Source: Leucoraja ocellata
Taxonomy: Eukaryota
DNA length: 64,000 nt
Assembly: GCA_036785375.1 (NCBI GenBank)
Contig: JAWMAR010000105.1
Span: forward strand, 6,448,001-6,512,000
Direction: 5' to 3'
Below the pieces are notes generated by a model. It worked only from the letters and a program-made list of their open reading frames with translations. It ran no database searches and had not been told where the DNA came from. How positions within the stretch are numbered: the stretch's first letter is position 1; each line of letters starts with the position of its first letter. Positions 49,322 to 61,391 of the stretch are shown in pieces. Position numbers and translations under genes: made by a program.

Positions 49322-49424
49322 AGTCTGAAGAAGGGTCCCGACCTGAGACCTCACATATCCATGTTCTTCAGGGATGCTGCCTGACCCGCTGAGTTATACC
49401 AGCACTTTGTGTCATTTAAAAAAA
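49322..49424 (+). mobile_element. PLE terminal-repeat element with 10-bp TSD
   Basis: TSD atcaatattc at 49312-49321 and 49425-49434. Core CUGAAGAAGGGUCCCGACCUGAGAC is degenerate. Confidence 0.85.
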
Positions 49425-49893
49425 ATCAATATTCTAATTCTGTTGATCTAATTCAAAAAATTTACACTGACAGATCAGCAAGATGTGCTGCATTACAAAG
49501 CATTAATTAATGTGAATAAAATCACTCTCTAATCTGTTATCCGTCTTCTGCTCGATGTTGAATTACCAGGGTTTTTGTCTTTATATTTTTGTGCTCAGCG
49601 TTCAGTTATGCTGACAGCTTGTCATCCGTCATTCCGACATGATAAAAGAATGTCATGACAACGCAAAAGCACTTGGCAAGTGAGGGCATCAAGACCTCAA
49701 GAAGAGGAATGAAAAATTGTGAGGCATTTCTTTTAATTTAATGGGGGAGTTGAATGAACAATGGAGCAAGACAAATGGTTAAATTACATTTGTTAGCTAG
49801 TTTTGGGACAAAACTGTGGATTTGCCTCGGCTTAGCATAGCCTCAGCACAGGAGGTAGCACAAATGCGCAGTTAGTAGAGTCACTGTTTTAGA

Positions 49894-50209
49894 GGCAGCA
49901 CAGCGGTGCAGCGGTAGAGTTCCTGCCCTACTGCGCCAGAGCTGCAAGTTAGATCTTGACAACAGGTGCTGTCTGTACGGAGTTTGTGCGTTCTCTCTGT
50001 GACCGCGTGGATATTCTCCAGGTGTTCCGTTTTCCACTCACATTCCAAAGAAGGCAGGTTTGCATGTTAATTGGCTTCTGTAAATTGTCCCCAGTGTGTT
50101 GGATAGAACTTGTGTACAGATAATCGTTGGTCAGCGTGGACTCGGTGGGCCGAAGAGCCTGTTTCCACACTGTAGCTCTATACTAAACAAATCTCTAAAC
50201 TAAATTAAA
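49894..50209 (+). mobile_element. HE1-like SINE
   Basis: ggcagcacagcggtgcagcggtagag head, core and ctaaac tail. Confidence 0.9.
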
Positions 50210-50338
50210 CTCTTAACTATATTGTCTCACAACGCTTGCGACCCCGGTTCAATCCTGGAGTTCACACAATATCCCTGTACCACATGATTTTTTTTTTTCC
50301 CGAATGTTCTGTTTCCACCCATATCCCAAAGACATACA

Positions 50339-50472
50339 GTGTAGGAAGGAACTGCAGATGCTGTTTTAAACCGAGGATGGGCACAAAATGCTGGAGTAAC
50401 TCAGCGGGACAGGCAGCATCTCTGGAGAGAAGGAATGCGTGGCGTTTCGGGTCGAGACCCTTCTTCAGACTG
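50339..50472 (-). mobile_element. Solo PLE terminal-repeat element with 9-bp TSD, nested in an older SINE (~50235-50640)
   Basis: TSD agacataca at 50330-50338 and 50473-50481. The host SINE reads ...cccatatcccaaagacataca|...ggttaattggccactgtaaatt. Confidence 0.9.
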
Positions 50473-50837
50473 AGACATACATTTTGGAAGGTTAATTGGC
50501 CACTGTAAATTACCTCTTATGCTTAGGTGTTCTAGTAGGCTCTTGGAGTGGGGGGTATTAATGGGTATATGGGGTGAATAGGTTGGACGGAAATTTAGTG
50601 GGTAATTGGCAATGCTCCAAAACCCAGTATGAGCACAATGCTAAGAGCCTGCCTTACATGTCATAAGAAAATAGGGTAACATAGAAATCCTCATTAACAC
50701 CATTACCATGCCACCTATTGCTTCAGTGGAAGAATTGTGTTATTTTGTTCTATATCTTGAGCTGTCATGGTTTAAAGTCACATTTCAACGCAATATTCCA
50801 GTGCGCTGACCTACCTCAGAATGCAACATTAAATTGG

Positions 50838-50980
50838 GATGCAAATCAAAATACTGCAGATGCTGGAAATTTGAAATAAAAACAGAAAATGCCACAAACA
50901 ATCAGCAGAACAGAGGGCACCTGTTGAAGGGACTGTGACTGAAATGTTAACTGTTTCACTTTCCGCAGATTGTTACTTGA
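50838..50980 (-). mobile_element. Older PLE terminal-repeat subfamily copy
   Basis: aaaatactgcagatgctggaaatttgaaataaaaacagaaaatgc, with a short inverted remnant at ~50935-50980. Confidence 0.7.
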
Positions 50981-52379
50981 CGATATAATGTGCTTTAGGG
51001 GATGTTGTCAGCATCTTTCTCTTCACTAGATAAGATGGGATAAACTCTGAATTTAACACAAAATAACACAAAATGCTTATTATTTAGTCCAAGAATGTTT
51101 ATTTGTCATTTATCAGTGCTCTCACCAGTTTCTGCATTTTCTATATTAAAATTATAGTTTTGTACAGTCCATCCATTGAATGCAATAGACACAAAGGTAA
51201 AGAGTGAAGTTCTCAGTGTCCTGACCAACCCTCAACCAGTGCTAGTCACTTATCCCTTTGTGGAATCTTGTATGCTAAACGTCCACTTTATTTCTGAGAT
51301 CACAGTGATCACATGTTCGTTGGGAGTGGAGCGCATTGGGACGTTTTGAGTTGGGAAGAGCAATTGTATTTCCCGTTTGTTCATATTTGACATCTGTTTT
51401 TTATTTTCATACTCTATTTTCTCAGCCCTTTCTTTGGACCTGTGCAAAAAGCACTGGAAATGCGCTTTAAAAGATTGTTCTTCCCACTGTGCTTATTAGT
51501 CAGTCGTAGAAGGTTTATTGTGCCAGTTGTCAGTGCTCCTCACCCACTGCTCCAGTTCCTGCAGCTCTGGAACAGATCACTCGCCTTCATTTGAAATAAT
51601 TAATTGAATCTCTGCCCCCAAGGAGTACTCATTAAGGAGGCAACCTTTCTATTGGTTACTGTTTCCAGATTGTGGTTATTTTGGTATTTACTGGAAATCG
51701 CCATTCTGGTTTTGATTTGTACATGGGCAAAGACTTTATTAAGATTTCTAAATTATTTTTACTTTGTTAAACCAATTTATTGATTCTGTACACTGTATGT
51801 ATTTAGAAGGACAGGCGGTGGATCTGGTGCTAAAATAATTGAGCACTTTATCAACTGCTTCGTTTTAAGGAAGAGGACCAGGGTTTGAGTAACGGCTGAC
51901 CAATTTCATTAGAGGTTATCGATGCTTCTTAAAGGTCAACATTAAGGTTCCCATAACTGTATCTAATTGTTACTGAGATGGAAACAGTCATTTGAAAATG
52001 GGCATGTTACTGTAGTAATTCCACTTCCATCGACAAATAGTTAATATTTGAGCTCAGCTCGATTGGAAGATGTCTGAGAACAAGGAGAACAATGGCCTTT
52101 TGCACCTCTTTGTAAAAGCTAGGTCATTAGTTCCATTCCCCCGCAGTACAATTTATTTTGCTCTTTAGGAATGTGTCTAATTTCCTTCAGCGAGTTACTA
52201 TTCATTGTATCTCCATCACTTTTTTGGGTAGCGCAGTCCATACATCTCCAATTATTTTTTCCCAGTTACCTCAACTGTGCATTCTCCAGCAACTGTTAAT
52301 CCACATCCACACTCCTACACAATAAGAGATACTGCTCAGAAATAGTGGAGCTAATAACAAATAATCCCACTATAATGGA

Positions 52380-52860
52380 ATTGTAGAATTACAGAATTGT
52401 TATAGCACAGAAGGAGGCTATTCAGCCCATTGTGCCTCTACGGGCTCTGATCCTCTTCCCGAACTTTCCCATATTTATTTTCAGGTCTCTATTGAAAGCC
52501 ACAATTGATTCTGTTTTTGGTGCCTCTATAACTGCTGAGTTCCAGATCACACTGCTTTACAGCTTTCCATCTCATCCCTCTTGTCTCTTTGGCTCCAACA
52601 TTTCAAAAAAATAATCTGTGCTCCCTGTTCAGTGAAGCAATTCAAATGGGAACAGCTTCCCTCAACTCACCCTTTCTAACTTAGTCATGATCAATTCTCA
52701 ACCTTCTTTGTCCAAGGAGAACAAGCACAGCCATCACCATTCTACCTTTGTAGCTAAAGTCCCTCATGCCCAGATCCATTTCCAGTGAAGATTTTCCATA
52801 ACCTCTCCAGGATCTTTACACTCTTCCTCAAGCGGGCAGACCTGAATTGGATGTTAACAT
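52380..52860 (-). mobile_element. Old CR1 3' fragment
   Basis: atagcacagaaggaggctattcagccc tail; tctcaaccttctttgtccaaggagaacaa. Confidence 0.65.
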
Positions 52861-53499
52861 TAAGTGCATAGATAGATTAACTTGCAACACTTGTCCCTAT
52901 GAAAGCTCCACTTGATGAGCCATTCACCTATCATGATGTTATCTGAGACTTTGTAATAAAGATCAAAAGGGCCGCACCAATTACGATGTTTCATCAAGGA
53001 ACTTTTCGCGAAATGTTATTTGCACATGTGACATTTTGCACAACTATTAGCCTTCACCTTAGACTTCACCTTTTGGGCTACCAGACTTGGGATTGTCATC
53101 TACCTTTACACAAATATTCAAAATGTACATGGTGCAGTAAGTAAATGGTTTAAAACAATCACTGTGGTTATGATTCTCCAACCCCTTAGGATTCTGTATG
53201 CTCCTGAATAAGTGAAATCCTTGCATGACCTGTGTACCGATTGATCCACACAACTCCACTATGACTGGTTAAAATGAGAGTTGACCAACCCTCCACAAAC
53301 AAGAAACAAATAACGAGAAACCAAGTTCATGGTGGATGTGAGTTGCTGATAGGTTCAAAATAACATTTTGAGATTATTGGTATTACATACAATGCAAATC
53401 TTCTGTTTTACACACATTTTATTTTCAGTGAACGGTACAATTTGTTTTTCATCAAAGGCTCCACATGCTCAGCCCTGACATCCATCCCATTTCATGAGT

Positions 53500-53632
53500 T
53501 AGCTTTAAGGAAATCAAGGAATATGGGGAGAAAGCAGGAATGGGGTACTGATTTTGGATGATCAGCCATGATCATATTGAATGGTGGTGCGGGCTCGAAG
53601 GATTGTACTCCTGCACCCATTTTCTATGTTTC
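53500..53632 (+). mobile_element. CR1 3' tail
   Basis: ggaaatcaaggaatatggggagaaagcagg...cagccatgatcatattgaatgg...ttttctatgttt. Confidence 0.85.
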
Positions 53633-54526
53633 ATCTCTGTATCAACCATCCACTTTCCCCAAACAAGGAAACACAGAGAGATCATGGACGCCTCCCAAAG
53701 AATACTGCAAGTGTAGCTGGACATCTCCAATTTGTTTTTCCTAGTTACCTTAACTGTCCATTCTCCAGCAACTGTTAATATCACACATCACCACCCCTAT
53801 ACAATAACAGATACAGCTCAGAAATAGCGACGCTAAAACAACAGCACATTCATTGGTCACAGTAAAGTTCTCTGCAACAAATATTAATATCTGCAACAAG
53901 ATTAATATATGATTCATTACTTTGTATAGCTGGTGGATAGTGAGTTGCGACCAGACGGTTATGTACTTTTCTCCTGTTCTTTCCTATCTTGGCATTCTGG
54001 CATTCTTATACTATCTCAGTGATAATTGCTGCATTTTTAGCTCTGAATGCTCTATGGATTCCTTACTAAAATCTTCCTCGAACATCATTTCTCCCTCCTT
54101 TTCCTCTACCATTGGAAGATGTGCCTGTGCCTTGCGGCTTAATGGACCAGAACTCTGTCCATTGCTCTATTCAGATTTGAAAGCTTGACCAATAATTCCA
54201 ATTTCTGTTTAGCAACCCAAGTCTCAGAACTCTTGTACTGCTGAGGTTTCGCATGTTCGGAGTTCTTCAACAACAAATAGATTTTGCCGCCTTAAAAGTG
54301 ATCACGATTAAATTTCAGAAAAGCAATAGATTATACCTGACAAAGTATAATTGACCAATCCTGGTGTTGTCTGTAGGCAATGCCACAGGAAATTAGCCAA
54401 TATGGTTGATTTGCTTTCATTATCCTCATTATATTTCTACATATTTGCCTGAAGCTGGAGCGTTATTTGAAAATGCCAGTATCTTTACTGTGATACTGGG
54501 ATAGAGGTTCCAATCCTTGTCTAGGT

Positions 54527-54808
54527 TTGGGTACAGTGGTTGCTGCCTTACGTCGTCAGAGACCTGGGTTCGATCCTAACTATGGGTACTGTCTGTAAGG
54601 AGTCTGCACGATCTCCCTGGGACCACTTGAGTTTTCTCTGGGTGCTCCGGTTTCCTCCCCAATTCCAAAGATGTGCAGGTTTGTAGTCTAATTGGATGCT
54701 GTAAATTATCCCTGGTGTGTAGGATAGAGCTAGTGCAAGGGTGATGGCTGGCTGGCGAGGTCTCGGTGGGCCGAAGGGCCTGTTTCCACATTTTATCTCT
54801 AAACTAAA
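54527..54808 (+). mobile_element. HE1-like SINE
   Basis: ggttcgatcc B-box, core and ctaaactaaa tail. Confidence 0.9.
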
Positions 54809-55339
54809 CCACCTGACCTTTGCTGCACTGTTGCTCAGTGGTACCAAGTGAGGTTCAAACTGGAGGGGTTGCTGTTGTGGTTCCTCACAAGCCCAATTAT
54901 GGGCCAAACTGCAAGCGCAAACAATACCTCTTTCAATGTCAGCTGAAGAACAGCTCCCAAAAACATGAAACACTGCTTTCTCTTGTTTTCATTGCAGCTT
55001 TCGAGATACTTATAAATAAATCCTGTGAGACAGTAAAGGGCCTGATCGAATGAGCAAGTTGACAAAGTCACTCCTTTATTGTGAGCAGGCCACGTGTTAG
55101 CTCACATTCTCTGTGGCGTTGTTGCCACAGTTCAGATCCACTAGGCGCAGCTGCACGATTGATGCCATGGAGTGCCTTTCCCCCAGGAGAAAGCACTGGA
55201 GCTGGAATGAGGCCATATGATGTCTTCTGTAGAGACTGTGTGAAGCACAAGAGCTTCAGTTAATAGGCCACTGGGTGTGGCTGCAACAAAGAAAGCACCA
55301 TTTGGAAGGATCCAGCAGCACTGATTCCTAACTGGTGTG

Positions 55340-56330
55340 GTTTAGTTTAATGTAGAGACATTGCATGGAAACAGGCCCTAGGCCCAAGGAGTCCACGCCG
55401 ACCATTGATCACCCGTTCACACTCATTCTCTGTTTTCCCACTCACCCACTGCTTACACACTATTTACAGGAGCCAGTTAACCTACAAAGCCGCAGGCCTT
55501 TGGGTTGTGGGAAGAAACCTGAGTACCTGGATGTTCATGGTCCTGGGGACGATATGCAAACCCACAACGTGCAGTAGATTTATTCACTCGGGCTGCTTTA
55601 CAATTTATAAATATGTGGAGTCGCACAGAGATACAGCATGGAGACAGGTCCTTTGGCTCACCAAGTCCAGGCTGACCATCAACCACTCATTGACACAAAT
55701 CCTAAATTAATCTCATTTTATTCTCTCCCTATTGCCATCAACTCTCCCAGATTCTACCTCGTACCTCCACGCTGGGGTTAATATACAACCATCAATTAAC
55801 TCCCCGACCTGCACACCTTTGAGAGAAGGAGGAAACTGGAGTACCTGGAGGAACCCCACGCAGTCACAGGGAGATTGTGCAAACTCCGCAACAGAGGAAT
55901 TGAGGCCTGGGGTAGATCAGCCACGAGTGCCAGATGAACGATTCTGCCCCTACTCGGTGGGGAATCACTGGTGGAGCTTGGCCTGCAGGGCTGTGTAAGA
56001 CTGGCAGCCATAACACTCACTTTCCAGGTGACTGCTAGATTGGATTGGGTGGCAATCAAGGGGGCACAGTTGGCACAGCTGCCTCACACCTCCAAGACCT
56101 TGGTTCAACTCTAATCTCTGTAACTGTCTGTGTGCAGTTTGCCCATTCTCCCTAGTTTCCACTGGATGCTCTCCTTTCTCCCATTTCCCAAAGCTGTACA
56201 GGCAGATTCATTGGACTCCAATAAATTGACCAGAGTGTGTAGGTCAGTGGTAGAACCTGAGGAGTTGAAGAGAATGTGGGAAGAATGAGCATGAGATTAG
56301 TGTAGGGACTAGTGTAAATATTGTGTGTTA
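55340..56330. mobile_element. Cluster of three V-SINE-type copies (55340-55560 minus, 55626-55895 minus, 56059-56330 plus)
   Basis: Each has core ggaaac.ggag.acctgga or its reverse complement. The first two have CR1-type tails; the third has a tRNA-like head gcacagttggcacagc...ggttcaac. Confidence 0.75.
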
Positions 56331-56571
56331 AATGAATGTTGTGAACTTGGTATACCAAAGGGACTATGAGTGCCTTGCATCCTGTGCACGTGTCATCAGA
56401 GAGCCTTCACTTCCCCCTTGCTTCTTGATTTTAAGCTTAATGTGGGCAAGAGGGAGGGTGAGGCTCACTGCTGAACATCCTGTTTTGCAAAACCACTACA
56501 TTTCAGGCAGAATCACTGAGGAAAATTCTATGCTTAAAGCTTCCTGTACCGATAATAATATAATGAAAACA

Positions 56572-56860
56572 TAGTTTAGAGATACAGCATGAAAACAGGC
56601 CCTTTGGCCCACTGAGCCCACGCCGATCATTGATCACCCATACACTAGTTCTATGTTATCCCACTTCCCGCATAGGGTCAATTTGCAGAAGACAAATAAC
56701 CTTCAAGCCTGCATGTCTTTGTAATGTGGGAGGAAACCGGAGCACCTGGAGGAAACCCACACCGTTACAGAGAGAACATACAAACTCCGCACAGAAAGCA
56801 CCCATAGTCAAGATCAAGCCGGTGGCCTCTGATGCTGAGGCAGCAGATCTACCACTGCAC
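56572..56860 (-). mobile_element. HE1-like SINE
   Basis: gtttagagatacagcatgaaaacaggccc tail and gggaggaaaccggagcacctggaggaaacccac core. Confidence 0.88.
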
Positions 56861-57303
56861 CATTTACATAGATATACATGACTTGAGATGCCCAGCAGCC
56901 AGCATTAAGAGCATAAGCAAAGCTTCAGGTGTAGGAAATGGAATAGTCAAATGGCAAACTGCAATGTGATCATAACCAGGTCATCTGTTTGAGTGGTTGA
57001 GGGATAACAAGGCTATTAAATGGTTGCAGTGTGAGCACAGACTGCAGCCCTGCATGTCCCCACTGCAGGCAACAACAGCAGATGAATCAGTCTGCCACCA
57101 TCATGAATGGCGAGAGCGGACGCTCTATATTCATCAGGGCACAAGCAGACGGCCCTACTCTATGAGAGAGGATCTTATCACTACCAGTGACTTTGATTAG
57201 CAAGCAGATTTTACCCTCCTGGTGAACCTGCTTTTTATTGTGATCCTTTGTCCTGCTTGTCTTTTAAATGTGTGACGTGAAAAATGCCACCAGTATATAT
57301 AAG

Positions 57304-57603
57304 AGCACAGTGGCGCAGCTGGTAGAACTGCTGCCTCACAGCACCAGAGACCCTGGTTCGATCGTCACCTCCGGTGCTGTCTATGTGGTGTTTGAATGTT
57401 CTCCCTGTGACCGTGTGGGTTTCCCCCTGGGTGCTCAGATTTTCTCAAACATTACAAGGACATGCGAGTCTCTGTAAATTGTGCCTAGTGGGTAGGGAAT
57501 GGATGAGAAAGTGGTACACACAAAAATGGTGTGAACAGGTGATCGATGGTCAATGTGGACTCGGTGAGCGGAAGGGCCTTTTTTCATGCTGATACTTTCA
57601 ATC
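57304..57603 (+). mobile_element. HE1-like SINE (variant tail)
   Basis: gcacagtggcgcagctggtag A-box, ggttcgatc B-box, ctttcaatc end. Confidence 0.88.
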
Positions 57604-58379
57604 CATTCTCGTGGTTATCTAGTCCTCACTCCTGCGGCTGTGAAAACTGGTGTACATCATGCCTGCTTCCATGGTCAGAGGTTACACTCAACTGGCAGGG
57701 TCACCATATGATTTCCCCTTGAATCCCACTTTATAACTTCTCTTCCAAGCACTTGGCAAAGATACCAACCTGAAACATGCAGAGTCCTGGGTTTAAAAAT
57801 AATCTTGGCATCCGGCTCCGGCTCGGGTGAGGAATATACGGCATCTTTCCCACCAGGTTCGGTCAAGAGGGAAAGCGATCAGATTGGAAGAGGGCATTCC
57901 TTCTGAGTTCTCTGTGGAGCAAGGGGCGGGAATGTTTGCTCCTTCCATTCCCTGTCACTTGCCTCCCCATTCTAAACCGGAGTGCTGGTAGCAAAGGTCA
58001 CCTGAATGTACACTGCTCAACAACTGAAACCTTTAATTGCCCCGGTTAACACCTATCCGTTTGCCCAGTGGCCTGCTTCTCCAAGCCTGCCATATTGACA
58101 CAATCTGCTGGGTTTTGACTTTCTGCAATCTGAGAGTCTAAATGTCATGTTAATAGTTGCAGTCCTGGGCGGGGAGGGGGACAAGTAAACACTGCAAAGT
58201 TCGAGTTGCTGCAGACAGGGTGGCACTGCATAGTGTCTCATGTTACATTGATAAGGAAGTTTTACTGCTTTTTATATATGTAACATTATCTTAGGCAATG
58301 GACATATGGTGAGTGGGCCTGGACCAATCTAAATGTTGTTTAATGACTAAAAATGTTCACTGAGGGAGAAAGCTTCATT

Positions 58380-58530
58380 TGTGGGCCCCAGTCTCTGTGG
58401 GCTCAGGCTCTGTGGGCTCAGGCTCTGGGGAGAATAGGGCCCCAGGCTCTGTGGGGACTGTGGGCCCAGGCTGTGTGGGGAATAGGCCCCCAGACTCGGT
58501 GGGCCTGGGCTCTGTGAGTGCTCTCTGGGG
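58380..58530 (+). repeat. G-rich tandem repeat (15/24-bp units)
   Basis: Repeated gggcYcaggctctgt(gggg...) motif, about 7 copies. Confidence 0.8.
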
Positions 58531-59029
58531 ATCAGATGAACCTTTCTCAACCTGTGGAATGGTCTGCTCCAGTTCTTTTGATTGGATTAGTTTCAGATTG
58601 GGTTTTGATGGTCCTGTAAAGGTATGAAGGTAAACATGCTAATTAGAAGCATGACTGCTCTTTGATCCATATGTACAAATATGATTTAATAAAGTTCAGG
58701 GAAGTCTGTTGCCTGAGTTAATATTTGTCCCGTATTTTGACCTTTTGTCCCATATTTGGGAGTGAGAAAGTTGGTACCCAACAAAGAATGAATGGAAAGG
58801 TGTAATGGCCTTTGAACGCTGGACTTACAGAAACCATAGAAATGGTCGAGCTCCCACTCATAGGAGAGCTATGTTTAATTCACAGTGTGTGACCATGTAA
58901 GTCTATAAACACTCCTAAAATTGATCTTCAGAGGACAGGTTTGCTATCCTTTGTTTCCTCAGTGTCACTTTAATGATCAACAACTAGTCGTGCTTTAACT
59001 TTATCAAGCTTTAATGCTATAAATGTGTG

Positions 59030-59316
59030 TACGGTCTCCCTGGGTAATAAGCAGGGTTTTTTTACAGTTGTCTGTAAGTTGATTTTATCCATAAGTAGGA
59101 AAATGCACAAAAATCACTCAATATGTAACCATACCTCCACACTACTTTTACGAATGGCATCAAAAAGCATATTAGACTGATAAAAATGATCAATTACCAG
59201 AAATGGAGAGGGAGAAAGGAAACTAGTTCTGCCACTCATAGGAACGAACATGTCTTTTGACCACTATTATGGGAGCTCATTTCTGGGGGTGTCCATAAGT
59301 CGGGTGTTCATAACCT
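59030..59316. mobile_element. Possible degraded Tc1/mariner (Tigger-like) non-autonomous DNA transposon
   Basis: Left end tacggtctccctgggtaataagc and right end ccataagtcgggtgttcataacc resemble decayed Tigger-type termini. TIR pairing is poor. Confidence 0.35.
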
Positions 59317-59404
59317 ACAAATAATAACACCAATAATAACAACAACAACTCTACAATAAATGACAGGCTGATTGCCTTGCCTAAAGGTTGGTCATGGATT
59401 AAAA

Positions 59405-59501
59405 CAGTCTGAAGAAGGGCCTCGATCCGAAACATCACCCATTCCTTCTATCCAGAGATGCTGCCTGTCCTGTTGTTACTCCAGCAATTTGTGTCTATCT
59501 T
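59405..59501 (+). mobile_element. PLE terminal-repeat element
   Basis: cagtCUGAAGAAGGGCCUCGAUCCGAAACAUCacccattcc...gtgtctatctt. Confidence 0.85.
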
Positions 59502-59685
59502 AGGAGCAAGTTTGTCTATCAGCCCCTCAAAGCTGCTCATTACTCAACCAGATCATGGATGGTCCAATATTGATGTCAATGTCATTCTTCCACCATTCTC
59601 TCAAGAGGCATGAGATTAAGGTGAAATAACCTCTGGTTCAATTAAACACGACAGCATTAAACACGACAAAAAAGTGTTGCAGCCA

Positions 59686-60052
59686 TTTAGAGTCGTCATA
59701 GAATGATACAGTGTAGAAACAGGCCGTTCGGCCCAGCTTGCCCACACCGGCCAACATGTCCCAGCTACACCAGTCCCACCTGCCTGTGCTTGGTCCATAT
59801 CTCTCCAAACTTGTCCTATCCTTGTACCCGTCTAACTGTTTCTTAAAAATTGGGATATACCCATCCTCAACTGCTTCCTCTGGCAGCTTGTTCCATACAC
59901 CCACCACCTTTTGTGTGAAAAAGTTACCCCTCAGATTCCTATTAAATCTTTTCCCCTTCACCTTGAACCAATGTCCTCTGGTCCTCCATTCCCCTACTCT
60001 GGGCATGAGATTCTGTGCATCTACCCGATCTATTCCTCTCATGATTTTATAT
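59686..60052 (-). mobile_element. CR1/HER1-type LINE 3' fragment, same subfamily as 13266-14300
   Basis: MRGIDRVDAQ...TRGHWFKVKGKRFNRNLRGNFFTQKVVGVWNKLP. Confidence 0.93.
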
Positions 60053-60421
60053 ATGGTTCTGCAAATAAGCAGTTTAGCAGCATCCAGTATCCAGGCCGAA
60101 CATTGTCAAAGTGTAGTCACAGTCATGATGCATGGAACTGAGTGGGTAGTCTCACCCAATGAGGCCCTGAAATTAAAAATCAATTTTATTGAGGTTGAAT
60201 GGAACTTTCTCCAATCTTCTGACAAAATCATAGGGATCCTTTATATTCTATGACTGTGAGTCTATTTTGCTTGAGAGGGGATATGGGGCCTCTGTTTAAC
60301 ACCGCATCTTTCATCCCTTGAATGCTGCATGGTGGAAAATATTGCTGATGGTTCTCCGTTTTCCCATGACATAAAGGAGGCCATTTGGTCTATCAGGTCT
60401 GATGGTATTTCTCCTCATCTT

Positions 60422-60566
60422 TGGGAGGAAATGAGAGCGCCCGAGGGCAACCCACACGGTCATAGAGAGAACATGCAAACTCCACACAGGCAGCACCAAA
60501 GATCAGGAGTGAACCTTAGTCATTGGAGCTCTAAGCATCAGCAATATCTGCTGCACAACTGTGTGG
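60422..60566 (-). mobile_element. 5' half of a SINE
   Basis: tgggaggaaa...acccacacggtcatagagagaacatgcaaactccacacag...gatcaggagtgaacc. Confidence 0.8.
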
Positions 60567-60791
60567 CCCAAGGCAAGGGTGTTACTCTGCTGAAGTCACT
60601 GAAGCATGAAACTCGGCAGGAGAGAGAATTGTACAGTTGGGGTGTTTGTACCATTGCTTACAGTAAACCCCAGGCCTTTACTTTCAATGTAATGAGGAGG
60701 GAAAGAGGGATTACAGGCAACCTATGTGTTACAGCCTTCCAGCTGCGGAAATTCATGAATCACCAGTATTCATAAATCACCATCTAAAAAT

Positions 60792-61260
60792 GGCAGGACA
60801 ATGGCGCAGCTGGTATAGCTACTGCCTCACAGCGCCAGAGTCCCAGGTTCGATCCTGACCTCGGGTGCTTTCTGTGTGGAGTTTGCATGTTCTCTCTATT
60901 GCCAAGTGGGTTGCCCTCGGGAGCTCTCATTTCCTCACAAAGATGAGGAGAAATACCATCAGACCTGATAGACCGAATGGCCTACTTTATGTCATGAGAA
61001 AACTGAGAACCATGAGCAATATTTTCCACCATTTTTCCTGTGACCGTTTTGGTTTCCTCCCGGTGCTTCGGTTTTTCCCCACATCCAAAGGGCATGCGGG
61101 TTTGTAGGTTACTTTGCCTCAGTGAATTACTCCTCGTATATAGGGAATGGATATGCAAGTGGAATAACACAGAATTAGTGTAAACCGGTGATCAATGGTT
61201 GCCATGGACTCAGTGGGCCAAAGGGCCTGTTTCCATGGTGTATCTTTCAATTGATCAATC
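60792..61260 (+). mobile_element. SINE carrying an internal inverted copy of neighbouring sequence
   Basis: tggcgcagctggtatag A-box and ggttcgatcc B-box. 60872-61032 is the reverse complement of 60329-60489, and the SINE core resumes at ~61033. Confidence 0.88.
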
Positions 61261-61271
61261 AAAGTTGTGAT

Positions 61272-61391
61272 GTGTAGGAAGGAACTGCGGATGCTGATTT
61301 ACACAGAAGATAGACACAATGCTAGAGTAACTCAGCGGGTCAGGCAGCATTTGTGGAGAAAAGGAATAGGTGATGTTTCGGGTCGAGACCC
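61272..61391 (-). mobile_element. PLE terminal-repeat element with 7-bp TSD, truncated within the core
   Basis: TSD ttgtgat at 61265-61271 and 61392-61398; gtgtaggaaggaactgc...gatgtttcgggtcgagaccc. Confidence 0.85.

Larger units (their letters stand above)
52242..53841 (+). repeat. Dispersed ~120-bp direct repeat pair (52242-52360 and 53721-53841)
   Basis: Both read acatctccaatt...agttacct.aactgt.cattctccagcaactgttaat...acaataa.agatac.gctcagaaatag...gctaa.aacaa. Confidence 0.85.

Noticed and set aside
6994-61260. tRNA-like A/B boxes as tRNA genes
   Set aside because: Each continues into SINE core and LINE-type tail sequence, with no complete cloverleaf.
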